64,000 nucleotides of DNA from Myxococcota bacterium (GTDB lineage: Bacteria > Myxococcota_A > UBA9160 > UBA6930). Location of the stretch: NCBI GenBank assembly GCA_965223705.1, contig OZ245015.1, forward strand, positions 1,472,001-1,536,000, given 5' to 3'. The position numbers were made by a program, and so were the translations under genes. Below, one piece after another: positions 54,333 to 62,743 of the stretch. Numbering within the stretch: position 1 is the first letter of the stretch; each line of letters starts with the position of its first letter. Under the pieces are notes generated by a model. The model saw only the letters and a list, made by a program, of their open reading frames with translations. It was not told the origin of the DNA and ran no database searches.

Positions 54333-55639
54333 GGGCACCTCGCGTCTTGTTGGCGGCCTACTACTTTCCGCCCGTCGCGGGGGGCGGGGTCACGCGCACC
54401 CTCGCTTTGATCGATTCCCTGCGTCGGCACGGCGCCCACCCGTCGGTAGTGACCGTCGACGACGCGGCTTGGACGCGCGACCCGACCCTGTGCGCGGGAA
54501 TCTCCGAGGTGCCCGTCGTTCGCGTCCCGAATCCCGATTGGGGTCGCGTCCGTCGCCGTGGAACGGTGTCGGCTGGACGACCCGGAAGAGGGCGTCTGCG
54601 CAAAGTGCTCGTCCCCGATCTCCACGTCGGGTGGAGTGTGCTCGCCGCTGCGGTCGTCGCCGGGATGGCACGCGCCAACGCCTTCGACGTCGTCTACACC
54701 ACGGCGCCGCCGTACTCCGCACACGTCATCGGGTACGTCGCGCGTCGTTTGGGTAAGCGTTGGGTCGCGGATTTCCGCGACGCTTGGATCGATGCGCCGG
54801 ACCGACAAGGGCTCGGCCCGCGGCGACTCGCTGTTGAGAAACGGCTCGAAGCCGCCGTGTTTCGGCACGCCGATCGGACGATCTTCGCGTCGGCAGGTGC
54901 TCGGCGCCGCGCGATCGCGCGCCATCCGAACCTCGCGAACCGCAGCGAGGTAACGCTCACGGGCTTTGACCCCCGTCGCTACGTAGGCGCGGCCGATCCG
55001 GTTCCGACGCGCGCCGAACGCCGCTACCGGTTGGTGCACGCCGGCAACGTCGGACTCGATGCGAAGGCCTCGAGGGCGACCGCATTCCTCGACGTCTTGG
55101 CGACGTGGCGGGAGCGGCATCCCGAAGTAGAGACGTCCGTCGACGTGACGTTTCTCGCAGCGGAGGCGTGGTTCCGCGGTGAAATCAACCGTCGGGAGCT
55201 CCAGCGGTTCGTACGCATCGAACCCGCCTGCTCGCGCGGAGACCTCGCAGCGAGGCTCGAGCAGGCGCATCGATGTTTGCACATCGCGCCTCCGGGACCG
55301 CGTGGTGCCGACCCGATTCCGGGAAAGCTTTTCGACGCCCTGGGCTCCCGCCGTCGCTTGTTGTCCTTCGCCGACGGGGGCGCGCTGTCGGAGCTCTTGC
55401 AGCAATACGACTGGGGCGAGGCTTTCGCCCCAAGCGACACCGAGTCGCTGATCCACTTCCTCGAATCGGAACGCCGGGGGGTGCTCGCGGGGACTTACGT
55501 TCCCGTCCTGACCGACGCGGCTCGCTCGTCGTGCACGAACGAAGTGGCTCTCGAGGGCCTCGTTCGGGCGATTCTCCGAGAAGAGCGCGAGGAACGATCC
55601 CGGCAAACGGCGTTCGCGCCTTGGGGAGCGACGCCATGA
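54329..55639 (+). CDS. Glycosyltransferase (GT4-like)
   Basis: AYYFPPVAGGGV.R, TAPPYSAH, ADFRDAW, PGKLFDAL. Confidence 0.85.
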   Translation: MRAPRVLLAAYYFPPVAGGGVTRTLALIDSLRRHGAHPSVVTVDDAAWTRDPTLCAGISEVPVVRVPNPDWGRVRRRGTVSAGRPGRGRLRKVLVPDLHVGWSVLAAAVVAGMARANAFDVVYTTAPPYSAHVIGYVARRLGKRWVADFRDAWIDAPDRQGLGPRRLAVEKRLEAAVFRHADRTIFASAGARRRAIARHPNLANRSEVTLTGFDPRRYVGAADPVPTRAERRYRLVHAGNVGLDAKASRATAFLDVLATWRERHPEVETSVDVTFLAAEAWFRGEINRRELQRFVRIEPACSRGDLAARLEQAHRCLHIAPPGPRGADPIPGKLFDALGSRRRLLSFADGGALSELLQQYDWGEAFAPSDTESLIHFLESERRGVLAGTYVPVLTDAARSSCTNEVALEGLVRAILREEREERSRQTAFAPWGATP

Positions 55640-56517
55640 GAGTGTCTGTCAGTCTCGTGACGCACCGCAGTCGATCGCATATCGACGCTTGCCTCGCTGC
55701 ACTCCGTACGCAGCGCGAAGTCGCAGAGATTCTCGTGGTGGACAGCGGCAGCGACGATGGTACGACGCAACACTTGCGGAGAACCCATCGCGATGTGTGG
55801 GTCGACGCGTCCGCCGAGAACGTCGGTTACGCGGCTGGACACAACCGCAACTACCGGCGCGCCACCGGGGACGCGTTCCTCGCGCTGAACCCGGACGTCG
55901 TCATGGATCTGAACTGTCTCGAACGACTCTGCGGCGCTCTGGCCGATCGAGCCGATATCGGCTCGGTCGGGCCCAAACTACTGCGCGCTCGTACGAACAG
56001 TCTGGTCGATTCCGCGGGGATCGAACGCGATGTCTTGCGCGGAAAGTTCCGCGACCGCGGTGCGGGCGAGGCATCGAGTCGATATCGCCAACGCGAAGAA
56101 GTGTTCGGGATCTGCGGGGCCGCCGCGCTCTACCGGAGGGAGGCGCTCGAAGAGGTTTCCGGGAAAGAGCGCGCTCCGTTCGCCGAATCATTTTTCATGT
56201 ACTACGAGGATGTCGACCTGGCGTGGCGTCTTCGCCGGGCTGGGTGGAAGAACGTTTTCGTACCGACCGCGCGCGCACACCACCGACGCGGGGGCGCAGG
56301 GGCGGCGTCGGCGTTTACGGAATACCACCTCGTGCGAAACCGCCTCTGGGTTTCCGTGCGAAATGCGAGCTTGGCCGAATTCGCGTGCGAAGCGCCGGGT
56401 CTTCTCTTGTTCGAAGCCGCGAAGTGCGTGCAGGCCACGCGCCGAGGCCATCTGCGTCGTGCGCTGAGGGATCAGTGGCGCGGCATGGCTCGGGCGTGGT
56501 CGGAGAGGGCGCCGTGA
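55636..56517 (+). CDS. Glycosyltransferase family 2
   Basis: VVDSGSDDGT, NVGYAAGHN, LNPD, FFMYYEDVDLAWR. Confidence 0.92.
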   Translation: MRVSVSLVTHRSRSHIDACLAALRTQREVAEILVVDSGSDDGTTQHLRRTHRDVWVDASAENVGYAAGHNRNYRRATGDAFLALNPDVVMDLNCLERLCGALADRADIGSVGPKLLRARTNSLVDSAGIERDVLRGKFRDRGAGEASSRYRQREEVFGICGAAALYRREALEEVSGKERAPFAESFFMYYEDVDLAWRLRRAGWKNVFVPTARAHHRRGGAGAASAFTEYHLVRNRLWVSVRNASLAEFACEAPGLLLFEAAKCVQATRRGHLRRALRDQWRGMARAWSERAP

Positions 56518-57692
56518 AGATCGCGCACGTCGCCAACACCGATTACTTCTGCGGTTTCCTGCTGCGGGATCAGTTGAGGAAGCTGCGCGACTCCGGGCAC
56601 GAGGTCCACGCCGTGAGCGGCCCCGGCCCGCTTCTCGATGCCCTCGGTGCCGACGGGATTCGCGTGCACACCGTCGAGAACGCGCGCCGGATCGATCCCG
56701 GGCGAGACCTGCGAACGCTCTTCTCCTACGTGCGTTTGTTCCGTCGAGAGGCGTTTGATCTGGTCCACACCCACAACCCGAAGGTGAACGTCTTGGCGAG
56801 TGCCGCCGCCCGCATCGCGGGAGTGCCGCGAGTGGTGTCTACGCTTCACGGTCTCTACTCCCACGAGGGGCAGCGGGCAGCCGTGCGACGCCTCTGGCGG
56901 GGATTCGAGTCGGTGGGCGCACGGTTCGCAGATCTCGTCCTGTGTCAAAGCGCCGAAGACGTCCGCACGGCGCGTTGGCGCCGCATCGTTCCGGACGAGA
57001 GCCTGCGACGGTTGGGCAACGGAGTCGATCTTCGACGATTCGACGCGCGCCGCTTTCGCTCGGAGGACAGCGCCGCGCTCCGCCGCCGCTTCGGCATCGC
57101 GGCGGACGAACGGGTCGTGGGTTTTGTCGGTCGTCTCGTGCGCGAAAAGGGCGTAGAGGATCTACTCGCCGCTTGCCGTCGTCTGCCTCGCACGCGTGTG
57201 TTGTTGGTCGGACCGGACGAGCGCGGAGAAAAAAGCGACGCGTTGGATCCCCGCGCGTTGCGAGCGGCTCCCGGCGTCTCGTGGCTCGGCGTGCGAAACG
57301 ACATGCCGTCGGTGTTCGCGACGTTCGACGCCTTTGTCTTGCCGTCCTACCGGGAGGGGTTCCCCCGCTCGCTGGTCGAGAGCGCAGCGATGGGAATCCC
57401 CGCGATTGCGACGGACATTCGCGGTTGCCGCGAAGTGGTCGTGCCGGGACAGACCGGTTGGCTCGTTCCGGCGCGGGCGCCCCACGTCTTGCGCAGCGCG
57501 CTCGAGGGGCTGCTGCGCGATGCTTCGCGTCGCCGACGATTCGGCGAAGCGGCCCGTCGCCGAGCGGAAGCGAACTTCGACGAGCACGCCGTTTTCGAGC
57601 GGGTCGCGCGGGCTTACGCGGAGCTCCCGCTCCGCCGTCCTGCTGCTGCGCCGCGCGTCCCTGCGCGTGCAGAGAGCCCGGCAACCCGCTGA
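56514..57692 (+). CDS. Glycosyltransferase family 4
   Basis: VHTHNPK, GNGVDL, GRLVREKG, LPSYREGFPRSLVESAAMG. Confidence 0.93.
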   Translation: MKIAHVANTDYFCGFLLRDQLRKLRDSGHEVHAVSGPGPLLDALGADGIRVHTVENARRIDPGRDLRTLFSYVRLFRREAFDLVHTHNPKVNVLASAAARIAGVPRVVSTLHGLYSHEGQRAAVRRLWRGFESVGARFADLVLCQSAEDVRTARWRRIVPDESLRRLGNGVDLRRFDARRFRSEDSAALRRRFGIAADERVVGFVGRLVREKGVEDLLAACRRLPRTRVLLVGPDERGEKSDALDPRALRAAPGVSWLGVRNDMPSVFATFDAFVLPSYREGFPRSLVESAAMGIPAIATDIRGCREVVVPGQTGWLVPARAPHVLRSALEGLLRDASRRRRFGEAARRRAEANFDEHAVFERVARAYAELPLRRPAAAPRVPARAESPATR

Positions 57693-57786
57693 ATCCGCGG
57701 ACCATTTCCCTAAAGCCGAGGGCGGGTCCCTCCGAAGAAACCAGGAGCGGCGCGTCCCTGGTTGTCCGGTGTTCGACTACGGGTGA

Positions 57787-58995
57787 GTGCGCGCGGAAGG
57801 AGGGGATTTCGTGTTCGTGATTCCCAGGCAATCCCCGCCGGCGAGACGCTGGCTAGCGCACCTCGTTCGTGCCTCGGCGGGTGCGATTCGCCCCGGCGAC
57901 CTGTTCGACGACGTGCTCCCGTTCGACACGGCCGAAGCCGTTTCTCTGGCGCGACGTCACCGGGTCGGTCCGCTGATCCACCGCGGGTTGGCCGATGGGA
58001 GAATCGCCGATTCGCTGCCCGACGCGTTCGCTCGGGCTTGTCGCGAACTGTATTTCGCGACGCTCCGCAAAAACATCGTCGCGCTCGAGACCGCCGGGCC
58101 GGTTCTCTCGCACTTGGCGGCCGCCGGCATCGCCAGCGCACCCCTCAAGGGTTGGGCGCTGCTCACCGGCGCCGAGCCGGTCTACGCCGACGCGGGCATG
58201 CGGCCGATGGACGACCTCGATCTCATCGTTCCGCGCGCGGAAGTCGACCGCGCGACGCGCATCATCGAAGCCCACGACTTCCGAGCCATCGCGCCTCGCG
58301 GTCCTCGGCTCGCTGCGGGGCACGAGATCGCGTTTCACCGGCAAGTCGCAGGCGTCGATCTTTTCGTCGAACTCCACTTTGCATGGGCCGGTAGCGAAAG
58401 CTTGATGCGGCAGTACGCGATGGGCGGGGAGACGTTCCTCGAGGCCTTCTGCTCCGATTGCGGACCGGGAGAACCCCGGCAACCGACACGGATCGGACAC
58501 CTTCTGTTCGTGGCGGTGCACGCGGCGCGACACGCGTTTCGCCGCTGGCTCTGGTTGCTCGACCTCCACCGGATTGTCGACGGGGTGGCTGGTGAGCCGG
58601 CACTGGATTGGTCCGAGGTCGTTCGCACGGCGAGCGAGCACCGGTTGCGGCGTCCGCTGTACGCGGGCCTCGCGGCGGCGCGCGAGCTCCTTCGGACGCC
58701 GGTGCCGAAGGAAGTGCTCGCAGAGCTCGCGCCGGGACCGGTGCGACGCCGCCTTCTGCACAGCAGCTTGCGGCCGAGTGCGGCGCCGAGCGAAGCCCAG
58801 CGTCGCGATCGCGTGGCGAAGCTTCTCTTGGGGGAGTCGTGGTGGGATGTGGCGCGAACCGCGGCCTGGGCGTCGAACCCGGGTCGCTCCTGGTACGAGA
58901 AACGCGGGGAGCGCTCGGATCTCGCTCAGCGGATCGCCAACCCGGTACGAATGCTTCGCGGAGCGCCTCGGCCGAATCTGGAGCCGCGCAAGTGA
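57787..58995 (+). CDS. Nucleotidyltransferase family protein (NTP_transf_5 type)
   Basis: PLKG.AL...Y.D.GMRPMDDLDLIV, VELH, HAARH, WLLDL. Confidence 0.85.
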   Translation: MRAEGGDFVFVIPRQSPPARRWLAHLVRASAGAIRPGDLFDDVLPFDTAEAVSLARRHRVGPLIHRGLADGRIADSLPDAFARACRELYFATLRKNIVALETAGPVLSHLAAAGIASAPLKGWALLTGAEPVYADAGMRPMDDLDLIVPRAEVDRATRIIEAHDFRAIAPRGPRLAAGHEIAFHRQVAGVDLFVELHFAWAGSESLMRQYAMGGETFLEAFCSDCGPGEPRQPTRIGHLLFVAVHAARHAFRRWLWLLDLHRIVDGVAGEPALDWSEVVRTASEHRLRRPLYAGLAAARELLRTPVPKEVLAELAPGPVRRRLLHSSLRPSAAPSEAQRRDRVAKLLLGESWWDVARTAAWASNPGRSWYEKRGERSDLAQRIANPVRMLRGAPRPNLEPRK

Positions 58996-59273
58996 CCGAG
59001 AGCGCTTGCGCGCGAAGGGTCGAGGGGGTGATCTCTCGGACGATCGCCGGAGAGACGGTTCTCGTTCCGATTCACAGTCGCGCGGAAGAGCTCGGGCTCT
59101 TCACACTCAATTCCGTCGCCAGTTTTATCTGGGAACGGATGGACGGGCGCCCTCTTCGCGACATCGCATCCGAGCTGGCGGCCACCTACGACGTCAGCAT
59201 CGAAGAAGCGACGACGGACCTCACGCACTTTGCACGAGAACTCGTTGCCGCCCGCTGCGCCGAGGTGTGTTGA
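58992..59273 (+). CDS. PqqD-family RiPP recognition element (RRE)
   Basis: 93 aa; RTIAGETVLVP..LFTLNSVASFIWERMDG...IASEL...YDV..EEA..DL..F...L; overlaps both neighbours. Confidence 0.92.
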   Translation: MTESACARRVEGVISRTIAGETVLVPIHSRAEELGLFTLNSVASFIWERMDGRPLRDIASELAATYDVSIEEATTDLTHFARELVAARCAEVC

Positions 59274-60433
59274 TGGTTGCGCCCGAAGTGAACCTCCGAA
59301 GCGTCCGAAGCGATGCCCTCACGCGCGACTACAAGCGGCGGATCGTCGAGGATCGCGTTCCCGTCTCGGCGTCCATCGAGCTCACGTACCGTTGCAACCT
59401 GCACTGCGGCCACTGCTACTGCCCAAAGGGAGAGCGTTCACAGGAACTATCGACGCAGGAGATCTCGGATCTCATCGACGAGATGGCCGACATGGGGACG
59501 CTCTTTCTGCTGATGACGGGCGGGGACCCGCTGTTGCGGAAGGATTTCCCCGAGCTTTATCGCCACGCCAAGGAACGCGGGCTTCTCGTCACGGTCTTCA
59601 CAAATGGCACGTTGATCGATGAAGACATCGCCGACCTGTTTCGCGAACTCCCTCCGTACCTGATCGAAATCTCGCTCTATGGGCTCACTCGCAAGACCTA
59701 TGAGACCGTCGTCGCCGTTCGCGGTTCGTACGATCGCTGTCTCGCCGGGATCACGCGAGTTCTTCGCGATGGACACCGGCTCGCGCTGAAATGCCCGGCG
59801 ACGTCCGACAATGCCCACGAAATTCCCGAGCTCGCGCGTTTTGCCAAGGATCTGGGAGTCGACTTCCGCTACGACCCAGTGATCCTCGCGACGATGGAGG
59901 GCAAGACGCACACACACGCCATGCGACTCACGGCGGAGCAGGTCGTCGCCCTCGAAGCGGCCGACGTCGAGAAGGACCGGGCGTGGACGAGCTACATGGA
60001 GGAAGCCCCTGCGGTTCCCGAGAACGATCGGCTGTTCTCGTGTGGCGCCGGGAAGAACTCGTTCCACATCGATCCCTACGGAAACGTCCAAGTGTGTCTG
60101 ATGGTGAAAAATTTCCCCCGCAACGTGCGAGAACGCTCGCTTCGCGAGATCTACTACCAGGAATTCCCCGAGATCCTCGCGATCAAACGCAAGCCGGAAA
60201 CGAAATGCGGCTCGTGTAGCCACCGGGCGACGTGCAACAACTGTCCGGGGATGGCGCTCTGGGAAACCCAGACCAACGACGGGCACGTCGAGTTCGCTTG
60301 CCAGCTATCGCAAGTTCGGGCGGAAACGTACGGCCCGCCAGAAGCTTCGAGCGGCGCGTGCGGTTCCGGTGGTTGCGGTAGCGGCGGCTGTGGAGCCGCG
60401 GAATCGCTGCTTCAGATCGGGGGCATCCGATGA
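59273..60433 (+). CDS. Radical SAM/SPASM-domain peptide maturase
   Basis: ELTYRCNLHCGHC (CxxxCxxC), TGGDPLLR, TNG; SPASM CGAG...IDPYG.V..C...CxxCx5CxxC-x18-C. Confidence 0.93.
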   Translation: MVAPEVNLRSVRSDALTRDYKRRIVEDRVPVSASIELTYRCNLHCGHCYCPKGERSQELSTQEISDLIDEMADMGTLFLLMTGGDPLLRKDFPELYRHAKERGLLVTVFTNGTLIDEDIADLFRELPPYLIEISLYGLTRKTYETVVAVRGSYDRCLAGITRVLRDGHRLALKCPATSDNAHEIPELARFAKDLGVDFRYDPVILATMEGKTHTHAMRLTAEQVVALEAADVEKDRAWTSYMEEAPAVPENDRLFSCGAGKNSFHIDPYGNVQVCLMVKNFPRNVRERSLREIYYQEFPEILAIKRKPETKCGSCSHRATCNNCPGMALWETQTNDGHVEFACQLSQVRAETYGPPEASSGACGSGGCGSGGCGAAESLLQIGGIR

Positions 60434-60615
60434 CCGAGGAGAGCGGACGGAAACCCTACGAGGCGCCGGAGATTCGCAGAGTTGAACTCGACGTGATGGC
60501 GAGTTTCCCGGACAACTGCAAGATGGATGTCGGGACCGGGGGGTTTGGGGGTGCCGCGGGTTCATGCCAGCAGTCGAGCCTACCGACGGTGATGTGCATG
60601 AACATCGGCTCGTAG
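60430..60615 (+). CDS. Putative RiPP precursor peptide (61 aa)
   Basis: Leader KPYEAPEI (YxxPxL-type RRE motif); Gly-rich core with Cys30/46/56 ending GS; ATGA overlap with the rSAM stop. Confidence 0.85.
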   Translation: MTEESGRKPYEAPEIRRVELDVMASFPDNCKMDVGTGGFGGAAGSCQQSSLPTVMCMNIGS

Positions 60616-60620
60616 CCGAC

Positions 60621-61505
60621 GTGCGCGTTCTCGAGGTCGCGGGTGTGCGCATCGCGGTCGAAGTACCCCGGGAGTTGCCTTGGACGTGGCCGGACGGTCC
60701 GCTGACGCGATTCGCCGGCGCGGACGCAGGCCGCGCCGACGTGCGCGTCGCCGTTCGAATCGGAAAGCCCGTCGTCAGTGCCAGGGCGCTGTCGTACGAC
60801 TCGGGCGGCGGGATCTTTGACGTCGTCGCAAGTCGCGACACTCTGGAGATCGTTCTGCGCATCCGCGGCGAGATCCAGCGCGTGGCGCGATTCGACCGCG
60901 ACTTTCGCGATGGCGAAGTCACGCTCGCCCCGGATTCCTTCTACGCGACCGAGAACTACTACCCCTTGGCCTACCCCCTCGACGAATGGATCTTCTTCCA
61001 CCGCATCTTGCGGGAGAGCGGGTTGCTGGTTCACGCCTGCGCGGCGGAGCGGTCCGGGCGCGCGTTGTTGTACTGCGGTCGCTCCGGCGCCGGGAAGAGC
61101 ACCACCGCGAAGTTGCTGCGGCGCTACGCCGACGCTTCCGTGCTCTCAGACGATCGCATCGCGCTGCGGGTCGAAAAAGACGGAATCTGGGCGCACGGCA
61201 CGCCCTGGCACGGCGAAGCGCCGCTCTCCGAACCGCGCGCCGCGAAGCTCGTCGCGATTCACTGGATCGAGCACGCCGCACGCCTCGTACACTCGCCGAT
61301 GCGGGGGGCCCGTGCTGCGGTGGCTCTGCTGGGCAACGCTTTTCTCCCCGCCTACGACGACAAGGGCGCCGCCGCCGGTCTTGCAGTCGCAGAGGAAATC
61401 GTCGCGCGGGTACCCCTCGCGAAGCTCGGCTTCCCGAAAGATCGCCGCATGGTCGATCACGCACAGTCCCTCTGGTCGAACGCCGGTGGGAGCGCGCTGG
61501 CGTGA
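60621..61505 (+). CDS. HPr kinase/PEPCK-fold P-loop kinase (RiPP-associated)
   Basis: LLVHACA, GRSGAGKSTT, LSDDRIAL, GTPWHG. Confidence 0.85.
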   Translation: MRVLEVAGVRIAVEVPRELPWTWPDGPLTRFAGADAGRADVRVAVRIGKPVVSARALSYDSGGGIFDVVASRDTLEIVLRIRGEIQRVARFDRDFRDGEVTLAPDSFYATENYYPLAYPLDEWIFFHRILRESGLLVHACAAERSGRALLYCGRSGAGKSTTAKLLRRYADASVLSDDRIALRVEKDGIWAHGTPWHGEAPLSEPRAAKLVAIHWIEHAARLVHSPMRGARAAVALLGNAFLPAYDDKGAAAGLAVAEEIVARVPLAKLGFPKDRRMVDHAQSLWSNAGGSALA

Positions 61506-61948
61506 GCGACGCTCCGCCGGCTTTTGCTGCACACGAGCTCGCCTTGACCGAGGCTCTTCGAAAAGGAGCCGTGTGGATCCGACCGTGCGGTGTGTCGATG
61601 CGCCCCACACTCGTCGAAGGCGATTCTGTCGAGCTCGCGCTCTTACCGGCGCGCTGGGGCGCGATCGCTCTGGTGTCCCACCGAGGAAGGTTGTGGCTCC
61701 ACCGGTTGGTATGGCGCCGCGGCGGGCGGTGGTTGTTGTGGGGCGACGCGCGAGCGCGTCCCGAGGGCTGGGTGGAAGAACGGCAGATCCTCGCGATCGC
61801 CGTGGCGCGCCGCCGCGATGACGGACGGGCGCTCGACCTCGTGCGCGGTCCGGCGCGCCTTCTGGGGCTCTGCGCCGCAGCCGTCCGACGCCCTTTGCGC
61901 CGTCTACGCGCCCACGCGCAGCGAGCCACGCCGCTCCGCGCGCCCTAG
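61502..61948 (+). CDS. S24/S26-family peptidase, probable leader peptidase
   Basis: GVSMRPTL..GD, LHRLV, WGD; no N-terminal TM; GTGA overlap with the kinase. Confidence 0.8.
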   Translation: MSDAPPAFAAHELALTEALRKGAVWIRPCGVSMRPTLVEGDSVELALLPARWGAIALVSHRGRLWLHRLVWRRGGRWLLWGDARARPEGWVEERQILAIAVARRRDDGRALDLVRGPARLLGLCAAAVRRPLRRLRAHAQRATPLRAP

Positions 61949-62743
61949 AGCGATCCGCAGGAGCGCGGAGGACAGGCACCATCCCAGCGCAGCCATCCAG
62001 GTGAGATGCAAGAGGGGCTCTGCGAGCTGACGCAGCGACGCGCCTGCAAACAACGCATCGCGGAGGGCGTCGATTCCGATGTAAAGGGGCAGCCACGAAG
62101 CGAGGACCGCGGCGGGGGCGGGGAGGAGCTCCGCCGGAAAATAGACGCCGCCGAGGAGCGTCATCAGCGCGAGCGACCCGCTGACGAACAAGTGCGCCCG
62201 TCGAGTGGCGAGCCACACCGCCGCTCCGGCGATGCCCACCGGAAGCATCGCGATTAGCGTGAGCGCGGCACACACCGAAGCGCCGATCCAATCGGGAGAG
62301 AATCCGGAGCTGCCGCGAAGCAACCAAAGCCAGGCGGCGGCGCCGTAGGCTGCCATTTGGATCGAAGCGAGGAGAAGTGCCGCCGTCGCGGCGCCGGCGA
62401 GAATCCCGGCGACGGGAGCCCCCGCTGCGATCGCGATTTCGAGCGTTCCCTCAGACGCGTCGCGCGCGAAGCCGTTCGCCACCGAACCGGCGACCACGGC
62501 GACCGTTTGGAACAGGATCAACCCCGATACGACGAATGCGAAGTAGTCGCCGCCGACGAGCTCGTCCGGCGCGCCGTCGACGAGACGGGCGATGAAAAAA
62601 TAGACGACCAGCCCGAGCAAACCGGACGCCAGCCCCGCGGCGGCAACCCAGCCGTAGGATCGCTGAATCGACAAGTCGCGTCGGATCACGCCCAGTGCCG
62701 TCGCGCATCCGGCGCGCCAATGCGGGCGCACGGCCGCGGTCAC
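61904..62743 (-). CDS. ABC-2 type transporter permease
   Basis: About 6 TMs; RRDL..RSY, EGTLE, LGGVYFP..LLP, LP....IDALR. Confidence 0.87.
   Translation of the reverse strand: MTAAVRPHWRAGCATALGVIRRDLSIQRSYGWVAAAGLASGLLGLVVYFFIARLVDGAPDELVGGDYFAFVVSGLILFQTVAVVAGSVANGFARDASEGTLEIAIAAGAPVAGILAGAATAALLLASIQMAAYGAAAWLWLLRGSSGFSPDWIGASVCAALTLIAMLPVGIAGAAVWLATRRAHLFVSGSLALMTLLGGVYFPAELLPAPAAVLASWLPLYIGIDALRDALFAGASLRQLAEPLLHLTWMAALGWCLSSALLRIALGRAERRGSLRVGA

Noticed and set aside
51624..56513. Very long glycosyltransferase ORFs (902, 828, 414 and 667 aa) suggesting fusions
   Set aside because: The extensions are shadow frames of the preceding genes; each GT starts at an ATGA/GTGA overlap
58574..59272. 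N-terminal extension of the radical SAM protein (619-aa ORF)
   Set aside because: Overlaps the NTase and PqqD genes in other frames; TGATG coupling places the start at 59273
58992..60615. PQQ or mycofactocin biosynthesis
   Set aside because: The peptide lacks the PqqA ExxxY core and the MftA IDGxCGVY end; no pqqB/C or mftD/E genes
57787..61948. Lasso peptide cluster
   Set aside because: Leader motif, RRE, kinase and NTase resemble one, but no asparagine-synthetase-like cyclase or B2 transglutaminase-like protease is present in the window
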